DNA from: Escherichia coli
Lineage (GTDB): Bacteria > Pseudomonadota > Gammaproteobacteria > Enterobacterales > Enterobacteriaceae
Assembly: GCF_041248615.1 (NCBI RefSeq)
Contig: NZ_CP158426.1
Length of the DNA stretch: 64,000 nucleotides
Strand: one strand, 5' to 3'
In this document: in pieces, positions 9,038-17,490 of the stretch
How positions within the stretch are numbered: the stretch's first letter is position 1
Layout: each line of letters opens with the position of its first letter
Notes under the pieces: generated by a model
Seen by the model: the letters and a program-made list of their open reading frames with translations, nothing else
Told to the model about the DNA's origin: nothing
Databases searched by the model: none
Position numbers and translations under genes: made by a program

Positions 9038-10522
9038 TCAGTACTTGAAGTTATCCGGGAGGAAACGACTGATCTCGACCTCCATGAATTCGCTGCGGCG
9101 AAACTGGCCTTTCATCGTGAACGGAACGGTACAGTCGAAAATAGTTTTACAGGCGATCCCGTGGTCGCGGACGGAGTAACTAAAAGCCGGGTCAGAGGAC
9201 GGATCGAGGGGATGGCACCTTACGCCGGGTATGAACACCGTGCTGATATCCCCCTGATAGCGTGTCGTCATTGCCCATATCACGTCATTGAGATCGAAAA
9301 TATCCACATCGTCATCAACCAGAATCACATGCTTGAGTTCCGAGAATGCGGAGAAGGCCAGAAGAGCCGCCTGGCGCTGACGACCTTCATCGTTTGGCAG
9401 ACGTTTTTTCACCTGCAATACGGCAAGATATTTTCCGGTCCCGGGTGACGGGCAGTGAACATTTTGCACAAAGCCGGGAAGGGCGCGCTCCACCAGTTGC
9501 AGAATACTGGCCTCGGTGGGGATCCCTGCCATATTGGTATGCTCGTCACTTGGACCAATGCAGGTCTGTAGAATTGGGTGACGGCGGTGGGTGATGGCTT
9601 TCACTTTTATCACTGGCACCATTTGCTGTGCCTGTCCGGTATAGCCGGGGAATTCCGGCATGGCTTTACCACTGTTGGTATTTTGATCCTCCCTGACCCG
9701 ATAGTTAGGAATGAGTTCCCCCTCGATAACGACTTCGGCGTTCGCAATGGCCCGGGCATTCACGGTCAGACACTGGCACAGCTCAACAGGCTGTTTACGC
9801 AAGCTCCCTGCCACTGACAGTTCGTCAAAACCAAGTGGAGTTGTGGGCGGTTCGAAGCAGGCACCGATTTCAATGGCTGGGTCAACACCAATGCTGATCG
9901 AGATGGGAAGTGGGGCCCCATCTTCCTCTGCTTTCTGACGGAACAAATCCAGATGCCGACCGGGAACGAAGTACATGGATATTTCATCCCTGTTTTGCAC
10001 GCACAGTCGGTGAATAGTGATGTCATGCTCGCCGGTATGTGGATCGGCGGCGTAGCACATACCGAGAGTGAAGTAAGGACCGGCATCCTCCGGCGTATTC
10101 GTGGGTGCTGGCAGGATATTGAGGATACTGAAATCCGGATCGGATGCCAGATGGACTACTTCCTGACAGACGGCATTTTCCTGCGGAATAACGACAGGAC
10201 TTATCGGGGTGCTTACCGCGTCTTTCAGTAAAAAGGCCAGCTTATCGGGTGTGGTATCCAGTAGCCGGGCCACGCGTTTTCGCGAGGCGAGAAGACCTAT
10301 CAGCACTCGCATATCGGTATAGCCTTTAATCCGGTTAAAGAGCATGGCTGGACCGATACGAGTCGGACGCATGACCGTACCGTGTGCCCCAATGTAGCGG
10401 TACACCCCTGACAGTTCTGCACTTGGATCAACGGGTTCATCGGTTTCGATAAGCTCATCATCAAACTTGCGCAGTACGGCCAGCGCACTGCGTAGGTCAG
10501 TCACTTTTTGTGTTTGAGACAT
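9038..10522 (-). CDS. UbiD-family (AroY-like) reversible aromatic-acid decarboxylase
   Basis: 494 aa with a full-length UbiD-family pattern (VDP..EL.GVYR, IHRLCVQ, EFPGY, PTEASI, ILVDDDVDIFD, WAMTTR). It sits directly upstream of the UbiX-like gene. Confidence 0.9.
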   Translation of the reverse strand: MSQTQKVTDLRSALAVLRKFDDELIETDEPVDPSAELSGVYRYIGAHGTVMRPTRIGPAMLFNRIKGYTDMRVLIGLLASRKRVARLLDTTPDKLAFLLKDAVSTPISPVVIPQENAVCQEVVHLASDPDFSILNILPAPTNTPEDAGPYFTLGMCYAADPHTGEHDITIHRLCVQNRDEISMYFVPGRHLDLFRQKAEEDGAPLPISISIGVDPAIEIGACFEPPTTPLGFDELSVAGSLRKQPVELCQCLTVNARAIANAEVVIEGELIPNYRVREDQNTNSGKAMPEFPGYTGQAQQMVPVIKVKAITHRRHPILQTCIGPSDEHTNMAGIPTEASILQLVERALPGFVQNVHCPSPGTGKYLAVLQVKKRLPNDEGRQRQAALLAFSAFSELKHVILVDDDVDIFDLNDVIWAMTTRYQGDISTVFIPGVRCHPLDPSSDPAFSYSVRDHGIACKTIFDCTVPFTMKGQFRRSEFMEVEISRFLPDNFKY

Positions 10523-10710
10523 TACGTTTTCCTCAGTAAGTCGCCGGGAGACAGCATGCCCGGTGTGCTTTTATCTTCATCCTGCAGGCAATCACAGGAC
10601 GAGCCGTTACATCACTGACAGTATGTGAGGCAACATAAATCCCCGTCTAATCACATTAACGACGTTTTTAATGTGGGATTGTTATCGAAAAATAGTGATT
10701 GGAGGAACGT

Positions 10711-11592
10711 GTGGACTATCGGTATTTGCATGCATTTGTGGTGCTTGCCAGAGAACTGCATTTTGGAAAAGCCGCACTGCGGCTCAACATCACGCAGCCA
10801 GCCTTAAGCCGTCAGATTAGAGTGCTGGAAGATCAGCTTGGCATGGTGCTATTTACGCGTGATCGTCGTCATGTGGCGCTGACTGTGGAAGGAACTCAGC
10901 TTGCAGCGGAGGCGCGGAGCGCCGTCAGTCATTACGAAAAAATGCTGAGCCGTGCGAGTAGCCTTCGAAAAGGCTATAAAGGACAACTCATACTGGGTTA
11001 TGTCGGATCTTCCATTCTTGATCCCGCCCTGACACGGTTAATCACCTGTTTTCGCGAGACTAAACCGGATGTTGAGATTGTTATTGAGGAGCACAACGTT
11101 GACGAACAGCTCACCCTCCTGCTCGACCATCAACTGGATATGGGGCTGCTCCGATCGCCTGTTCCGCATTTTGCCAACCTGGACTACGTGGATATCGCCA
11201 CCAGGTCACTCATCGCCGCAGTACCGCACACGCATCCGCAGGCAGGAGTCGGTAAAATAGAGCTGGAGACGTTGTCCGGGGATACATTTATGATCCAGAA
11301 AGATCCGCCCGGGGTCGGGCTAGGCTGGTCTGCATTACATGCCTGTGAGATGGCCAGTTTTGTCCCACCCAAAATCTATTTTACTCGCGATGTTGCGGTG
11401 GCTATTGGCATGGTGTCGATGGGAATAGGAGTTACGCTGGTGCCAGAAACCCAGCGTTCTGTAACGTTGCCTAATGTCTGCTACTGCCTGCTGCACGATC
11501 CCGAGGTCACAACGACCTTAACGCTTTGCTGGCCGAAATTCAGGAAAAGCAGGGAATTGATAGAGTTTGTACGCTCTTTAACGCTTGGTTGA
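10711..11592 (+). CDS. LysR-family transcriptional regulator, divergent from the decarboxylase operon
   Basis: N-terminal HTH YRYLHAFVVLARELHFGKAALRLNITQPALSRQIRVLE plus a LysR substrate-binding domain. GTG at 10711 gives the canonical MDYRYL start; the tracked ORF starts at TTG 10699. Confidence 0.9.
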   Translation: MDYRYLHAFVVLARELHFGKAALRLNITQPALSRQIRVLEDQLGMVLFTRDRRHVALTVEGTQLAAEARSAVSHYEKMLSRASSLRKGYKGQLILGYVGSSILDPALTRLITCFRETKPDVEIVIEEHNVDEQLTLLLDHQLDMGLLRSPVPHFANLDYVDIATRSLIAAVPHTHPQAGVGKIELETLSGDTFMIQKDPPGVGLGWSALHACEMASFVPPKIYFTRDVAVAIGMVSMGIGVTLVPETQRSVTLPNVCYCLLHDPEVTTTLTLCWPKFRKSRELIEFVRSLTLG

Positions 11593-11703
11593 ATCTTAAG
11601 AAGCTGCAGTTGAGTCATAGCCAGCGATCAAAATTGAGAAGACAAAACCGGGGAGAGGTGCCCGCAGTTTCTGCCCCAGCTCCCATCTTCAGGAAGATGT
11701 GTT

Positions 11704-11907
11704 TCAGGAATGCATTCGTGATGCTGGGGATAGCGGCAAGACGATTTTCTCATCGGGTAACTCTGCGGTATCGGAACAGTTGACGACGGCAGGGTGGTGA
11801 ATGGGAACCTCAGGATGAAGCGCTCGGGCAAGAGGGATGGACTGTGCTGAAGAGAACACTGACAGAACGAGCATGATGCTTGCAAAAAGGGGACTCTGGA
11901 TATTCAT
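11704..11907 (-). CDS. small secreted hypothetical protein
   Basis: 67-aa ORF with AGGAG upstream of the ATG and a signal-peptide-like N-terminus (LVLSVFSSAQS). Confidence 0.45.
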   Translation of the reverse strand: MNIQSPLFASIMLVLSVFSSAQSIPLARALHPEVPIHHPAVVNCSDTAELPDEKIVLPLSPASRMHS

Positions 11908-12133
11908 TGTTTATCTCCTGATGATATTCATCGCTCCAGAGAATACGCTTGCCACTCTTTTTATTTGTTTTCCTGAATTAAAAATGCCCGGTTTTATGTG
12001 GTTCTTCCGTAAACGTTATTACATTAATTAACATCTAGTTTCTATCTCCGAAATGAGGTAAAAAAATAATTGTCGTGGTTTTTATCAAACAAATTTACCG
12101 GCAGCTCAGATCCGAACTAATACCTGGAAATTC

Positions 12134-12182
12134 AAACCCCAAACCCCAAACCCCAAACCCCAAACACCAAACCCCAAACACC
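12134..12182. repeat. heptanucleotide tandem repeat: (AAACCCC)x5 plus (AAACACC)x2
   Basis: Read directly: units at 12134, 12141, 12148, 12155, 12162 (variant), 12169 and 12176 (variant). The complement is GGGGTTT, a G-quadruplex-type run. Confidence 0.95.
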
Positions 12183-12412
12183 ATTTCACCGCTGGCGTGT
12201 AAGGGGCTCTATATCTGTTTATTCAGGGATAGTTTTTTCTCCCGTGTGATTTCCGTTCATGTATCTGCTTCCGGTTAATCGTTTCCCAGCACAACCCGTC
12301 CCGCAAGGGTAAATGGCACGCCTGCTGCGCCCTTGCGGGATGGAACGATGCCGGGAAAGCGAACCGTCAGGCGATACGAAGACGAAAATCACACCACTGA
12401 CGGAGAAAAAAA

Positions 12413-13357
12413 ATGACTATGTCCCTGCATACCAAGATAAGTGCCCCTAACACGACAGCGGCGACCAGCGTATCCTCGCTGGATCTGTCAGGCTCCTCAA
12501 AAACGAAATGTTCAACAGCCAGAACCGATATTTATCAGACTGTTACCGACAGCATAATTGCGGCGCTGGAAACCGGAGTAAAACCTTGGGTGTGTCCTTG
12601 GCAGCGAGCTCCCGGTATGTCCGGTTTACCGTCCAATTACGCCACTGGTAAGGCTTACAGCGGAATGAATATCATGTTGCTTTGGTGCAGCGCGTCAAAA
12701 CAGGGATTCTGTGATTCACGCTGGATGACCTACAAACAGGCAAAAGCGGTAGGTGGGCAGGTGCGCAAGGGAGAACACGGCACTACCGCGATTTTCTATA
12801 CCACGCTGGAAAAGGAAAATGATAACGGAGAAACTGACTATATTCCTATGCTGAAAGCATTCACTGTGTTTAATGTTGAACAAATTGACGGTTTACTCCT
12901 GAGTGATGATGCCGTTTTTCCGGCAGAGATCTTTGAGCCATTACCACGTGCAGAAGCACTTTTTCGTAGTAGCGGTGCAACCATTATTGAAAAAGGACAG
13001 AATGCTTTTTTTACACCATCAACCGACGAAATTCGCTTACCTGAACGGTATCTTTTTATTGATGCTGCTAATTTCTACGCAACCGGCCTGCATGAGCTCG
13101 TTCACTGGAGTGGGGCAAAAAGTCGGCTGAACCGTGAAATGAAAGGGAAATTTGGCAGCGAGGGGTATGCGTTTGAAGAGTTGATCGCTGAGCTGGGGAG
13201 CGCATTCCTGATGGCGGATCTGGGGATAGTTGGAGAAGTTCTGCATGACAGTTATATCGCTTCCTGGCTTAAAGCACTGAGGAATGATAAACGCTATATT
13301 TTCAAGGCCGCCAGCGCGGCATCGAAAGCACATCGCTATTTGATGGATAAAAGCTGA
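12413..13357 (+). CDS. ardC: ArdC-type antirestriction protein (N-terminal ssDNA-binding domain plus zincin metalloprotease)
   Basis: N-terminal YQTVTDSIIAALETGVKPWVCPW and GMN..LL motifs of the ArdC N-domain. C-terminal HELVHW zinc-metalloprotease motif. 314 aa. Confidence 0.85.
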   Translation: MTMSLHTKISAPNTTAATSVSSLDLSGSSKTKCSTARTDIYQTVTDSIIAALETGVKPWVCPWQRAPGMSGLPSNYATGKAYSGMNIMLLWCSASKQGFCDSRWMTYKQAKAVGGQVRKGEHGTTAIFYTTLEKENDNGETDYIPMLKAFTVFNVEQIDGLLLSDDAVFPAEIFEPLPRAEALFRSSGATIIEKGQNAFFTPSTDEIRLPERYLFIDAANFYATGLHELVHWSGAKSRLNREMKGKFGSEGYAFEELIAELGSAFLMADLGIVGEVLHDSYIASWLKALRNDKRYIFKAASAASKAHRYLMDKS

Positions 13358-13365
13358 GTAGCAAA

Positions 13366-13387
13366 AAGCCGCAAAGGAATGCGGCTT
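13366..13387 (+). terminator. possible terminator hairpin after ardC
   Basis: AAGCCGCA / TGCGGCTT 8-bp stem with a 6-nt loop, 9 nt after the stop. There is no strong T-tract. Confidence 0.4.
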
Positions 13388-13479
13388 AATGGGCTGGGGG
13401 TACTAAACCAGTAAAGGTTTAGTCAGTAATATTAGTGAAGCAGAGCAAGTATCGAACAGTCATATTCCTGTAGTGGTAT

Positions 13480-13918
13480 TAAGACAACCTTAAGAAGGGA
13501 CTGATGTATAGCTACTCTTGTATACCCATCCATGGAAAATTCGGTTGTATTGCCGGGTTGATATGTGCAGGTTGGTCCCGACCCAAGAAGTTTTTACTGT
13601 GAAAATTGTCAAACTATATCAATGTGGTAACAGCTTCTCTTGTCCCTTTGGTTATTTCAAATTGGACCGGGCTATCTGTTGCAACACGGTTGCTCTGCTT
13701 GAAACAGAGTTAACATATGCAACATCAGATACTTTGAGTTTGATCAGATCATAGCCTCGTAGCTTACTGTCCAAGGTCATATTGAACAGAGTTAAATCGC
13801 GCATTTTACCTTCCATTTCAAGCCTGATTCGGATCCCCCCTGATATGAGATATCTGAAGTGGTCTTTTTGGTCAGTGATACTTACAATACGGTCTTTGTC
13901 CCACGGTGACGTGTTCAT
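13480..13918 (-). pseudogene. decayed tyrosine recombinase (small-integrase family) gene
   Basis: MNTSPWDKDR...DLTLFNMTLDSKLRGYDLIKLKVSDV matches the N-terminal half of small enterobacterial integrases. After ...RATVLQQ the frame breaks. A shifted frame continues PVQFEITKGTREAVTTLI, then a stop. Confidence 0.6.
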
Positions 13919-14200
13919 ACTCAAAGCTCCTGTAATGTTGGAGATTTGAGCATGGTTATCCCTCATGAGCGAGGAACGGACAATGTCCCTTGCGCGATCC
14001 AAGATTGATTTTTCTTATTAAATTAAGCTATGGCTGACCTACGAACGATAGGCAAAATGCTCCTAAAGCTACGGCTTATGACAGTAAAAAACATATTGAT
14101 AAAAATCTGAGCTGGTTTAGAATGCTATAATGGAATAATTATTTATTTTCGGCCTTCAGTTTGATCATTTTTAGAAATCACCCTTTTGAAGGAATCTACA

Positions 14201-14995
14201 ATGGAATCAGAAGAAACGAAAGAAGAGAGTTATCAACAGCGTTCGGAGTTTATCAGAAAAATAATTCAACAGCCTGTTGAGGGTGTCATATCTTCATGCA
14301 CTATACCAAAAAAAATAATTCAATTTTGGGATTCATCCAATACTATCCCTAATGATGTCAGACATTGCATGAAATCATGGCGTATCTTAGAACCTTTTGG
14401 GTATGAGTATTTACTATATGATTTCGTTAGCGCCCAAGAATTTATTAAACATAATTTGGGTGAAACATACAGTGAAGCTTTTGCCAAGTGTACTCATCCT
14501 GCTATGCAATCAGATTATTTCCGATTATGTTATATCTCGGTAAACGGGGGATTTTATGTTGACACTGATGATGTTTATCTGGGTAGTGAGATAAGTAGTT
14601 TTTTCACGGATGATAAGTTAAAAATACAACCTTTATGCTACGATATTTCCACCGATTCTATGATTCCACCAGAAATTTTTACAAAGGAAAATACTTATGA
14701 AGAATCTTGGATTTTTTATTTCAACAACAACCCGTTAATTGCTCCGCCTCATCATGTTATCATTGATAAGGCACTAGAGCAATCCACATACTTACTTAAT
14801 AAATCAAGCTATCCTCTCACAGATATTCAGTCAACAACTGGTCCTGGTAATCTATCTAAATCTATTTTCTCGTGTCGCGAGGAAATAGATTTATTATCCC
14901 AGATTACGGTAGTATCAAACTGGCAAGATATTGCAGAAACTAAGTGGGATTTAGAATACAGAGCTGATTCTAGAAATTGGCGCTTGATGAATTAA
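14201..14995 (+). CDS. DXD-motif glycosyltransferase (Gly_transf_sug / Och1-like sugar-binding region)
   Basis: IPKKIIQFWDS..IP, QSDYFRLCYISVNGGFYVDTDDVY (DxD). AAGGA lies 7 nt upstream of the ATG at 14201. Low GC. Confidence 0.75.
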   Translation: MESEETKEESYQQRSEFIRKIIQQPVEGVISSCTIPKKIIQFWDSSNTIPNDVRHCMKSWRILEPFGYEYLLYDFVSAQEFIKHNLGETYSEAFAKCTHPAMQSDYFRLCYISVNGGFYVDTDDVYLGSEISSFFTDDKLKIQPLCYDISTDSMIPPEIFTKENTYEESWIFYFNNNPLIAPPHHVIIDKALEQSTYLLNKSSYPLTDIQSTTGPGNLSKSIFSCREEIDLLSQITVVSNWQDIAETKWDLEYRADSRNWRLMN

Positions 14996-15010
14996 CATGG
15001 ATTTTTAATA

Positions 15011-17212
15011 ATGAACATTAAAAATAATTTGAAAGGTATTAGCCGTTTTTTTTATTCTTTTTACTTACGCTCTCGGTTACTTCTCCCAGCGCAAAAATCA
15101 TCGACCTTTAATACATTAAATCAGAATGAAGGCGTTATTAGCAGGATTTACGCTATAAACTTAGAACGGGAAGCGATTAGATGGGCAGATTTAAATAAAG
15201 AACTGGGTAAAATACTAGATAAATCTAATAAAAAATTAACGAGCCAATTAACCAGATTCTCTGCTATAAACGCCAAAGAAATGTCAGACATTCTCAATGA
15301 GGAAGAGGTTATTCCTTATTATACTTTAGCAGACCAGTTGTACGTTGACCCTCAACCAAAAATCTTACCCGATAAATTTGATCTCGATGTCCCTATAAAA
15401 ATGAGTAAAGCGGAAATTGCTGTAGCATTATCGCATCTAAATGTTATTAGGCTTGTTGCAGAAGGTTCTGATGCATATGCTTTAGTGCTTGAGGATGACG
15501 TGTATTTTGAAAGAGATTTTGCCAAAACCTTAGATGCTGCTTGGTCTGAAATGATTCAAGCTGACAGATCTTCACCTGGTTTTGATATCTTATATTTGTC
15601 ATTTAAAGAGGTTATGAATGGCGCGAAAAAGAAAATTATTTCGAAAAGCATATTTAAACCAGAGCGAGGGTTATGGTATTTTTCAGGATATGTATTATCT
15701 AAGAAAGGAGCAAATAAAATCCTCTCACTCCTCCCAACTTATGGACCAATTGACTTATGGATAAATCATCAATTTGAGAAACTCGATGTGAGGGCAGTAT
15801 ATAAGTCGATCATTTCTCAGAGGTTGGATTTTAACTCTTCAAATTCCTATTCAATATTACCTACCTTAGTGAAGATTGGTATTATTGACAATGAAAAAGC
15901 TTCCAGTTTTAATGAACTTCCAAATTATTGGCCTGTTTTTGCATTTGGTGTAAGTGGTTCGGGTATTTCTTCTTTGGGTATGGCACTATCAATGCTTGGC
16001 TATAAGTGTTGTAGTGATATTGATAGACTTCCCAATGCAGACTTAAAAAATCTATTAAGTAATTCAGAGCAGAATGAATTCAATGCTTATGTAAATGTTG
16101 GCTGTCTCAGTAAGTATATCGGCATATTAAAAAAACAATATCCAAAAGCAAAATTTATAATTACCACGAGTGAATCAAAAGAAATCGAAGATGTTATTTT
16201 TAATATAATTGAGGAGATCGTTGATACTGACTATGTTGTATTGCATTCAGATGAAAAAAACAAATGGAAGGTTATATGTGAATACCTTCAATGCCCACCA
16301 CCTATTTCAGCGTACCCAGAAATGGCTGACATTATTCCTAGGCAGATTATAGATATCACCAGTGCAGCACAAATCAATAATTCAGAAATTAACATGATAC
16401 ATGACATTTCCCCTTGGATATTAGAAAGAAAGAATTTTTCAGGAAATGGTTTTTTTATAAAAGATAATCCGAAGAGAATTGAAAAAGAGCTTGCTGATTT
16501 CTTCATTAATGATTCACTACAAAATATTAATAATAACTATTGGGAAATTCGCGATGATACTTTCCCTGGAAATCTTGGACTGTTTCGACCTCAAAATGTG
16601 ATTCAAAATGATATTAGTGGTTTAGGTCTTGTAGTTAAGGAGGAACAGTTAGGCGTTAGAGAGTTTAGTGCTGCTGCGATTTCAAGTAGAATGAAGTTCC
16701 TATATGGCCGATTTGAAGTGTCCCTACGAGCGGCAAATGTTGCAGGGATAGTAACCGGCTTCTTTTTACATAGAGATTCGCCTCGTCAAGAAATCGATAT
16801 TGAGTTTGTTGGAAATCGATCTGATCATATGTTGATCAATGTTTTTTATAATCCTGGTGATGAAGGTGCAAAGTTTGATTATGGATATCGTGGTACACCA
16901 ACTCTTATTCCTTTAGGTTTTGATGCTTCTGAAGAGTTTCATGATTACATGATTGAATGGAGTCCTGATGAGATAAAATGGTTTGTGGATGGAGTTATGG
17001 TTTATCGTAGAGGAGTTTGGGGGCCTACACCTATACCTCATTTACCCATGACCCTTCATGCTAACACTTGGCCAACCCGTTCCAAGGAACTGGCGGGACG
17101 TCTCCACACGCGTTCCTTACCCTGTATCACTTATATTAGGAAAATATGTATTGATGCAACAATGGATGTTAATAATCCAAAATTAAATGACCAGACAGTA
17201 GTGGCTGGTTAA
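15011..17212 (+). CDS. three-domain enzyme: GT25-like glycosyltransferase, then a P-loop (sulfotransferase-like) region, then a GH16 domain
   Basis: N-terminal IYAINLERE...EIAVALSH..LVLEDDV resembles the GT25 family. Middle region GVSGSGISSLGMAL is a P-loop-like motif. The C-terminus has the canonical GH16 catalytic motif EIDIEFVG and a ConA-like fold pattern. No signal peptide was seen. Confidence 0.7.
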   Translation: MNIKNNLKGISRFFYSFYLRSRLLLPAQKSSTFNTLNQNEGVISRIYAINLEREAIRWADLNKELGKILDKSNKKLTSQLTRFSAINAKEMSDILNEEEVIPYYTLADQLYVDPQPKILPDKFDLDVPIKMSKAEIAVALSHLNVIRLVAEGSDAYALVLEDDVYFERDFAKTLDAAWSEMIQADRSSPGFDILYLSFKEVMNGAKKKIISKSIFKPERGLWYFSGYVLSKKGANKILSLLPTYGPIDLWINHQFEKLDVRAVYKSIISQRLDFNSSNSYSILPTLVKIGIIDNEKASSFNELPNYWPVFAFGVSGSGISSLGMALSMLGYKCCSDIDRLPNADLKNLLSNSEQNEFNAYVNVGCLSKYIGILKKQYPKAKFIITTSESKEIEDVIFNIIEEIVDTDYVVLHSDEKNKWKVICEYLQCPPPISAYPEMADIIPRQIIDITSAAQINNSEINMIHDISPWILERKNFSGNGFFIKDNPKRIEKELADFFINDSLQNINNNYWEIRDDTFPGNLGLFRPQNVIQNDISGLGLVVKEEQLGVREFSAAAISSRMKFLYGRFEVSLRAANVAGIVTGFFLHRDSPRQEIDIEFVGNRSDHMLINVFYNPGDEGAKFDYGYRGTPTLIPLGFDASEEFHDYMIEWSPDEIKWFVDGVMVYRRGVWGPTPIPHLPMTLHANTWPTRSKELAGRLHTRSLPCITYIRKICIDATMDVNNPKLNDQTVVAG

Positions 17213-17383
17213 TCATTAGAGTGAAAAGTAAATATTAGTAAGGCACTGGTAAAAATGTAGACACTATCAGTGCCTTAGTAGTTATCCCTCTGGATGGTTT
17301 TTTGACAATAATTTCCGTTTCTGGCACGGAACGGACAGAAAGCAGGGCCACCAAATCTCTCACGAGCCAAAAACCTAAATTAT

Positions 17384-17427
17384 GATCTGACAGATACATG
17401 TATCAATGAAACTGTCGCTGTCAGATC
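17384..17427 (-). terminator. possible terminator hairpin downstream of the hchA paralog
   Basis: Perfect 10-bp inverted repeat GATCTGACAG/CTGTCAGATC with a 24-nt loop, about 65 nt after the stop. It is followed on the minus strand by a T-rich tract. Confidence 0.4.
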
Positions 17428-17490
17428 AATTACGCCTTACTATCTGAAAATTATTTGATTTTCTGCATCGTGCATTCAAATTAACAATGT

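Noticed and set aside
12075-12278. 67-aa ORF spanning the heptamer array (translates as NPKPQTPNPKHQTPN)
   Set aside because: It has no RBS and starts at a non-ATG codon. The peptide is just the tandem repeat read in frame, so I treat it as non-coding repeat DNA.
13518-13754. 78-aa plus-strand ORF opposite the integrase remnant
   Set aside because: It is antisense to recognisable (frameshifted) integrase coding sequence. It has a TTG start and no RBS.
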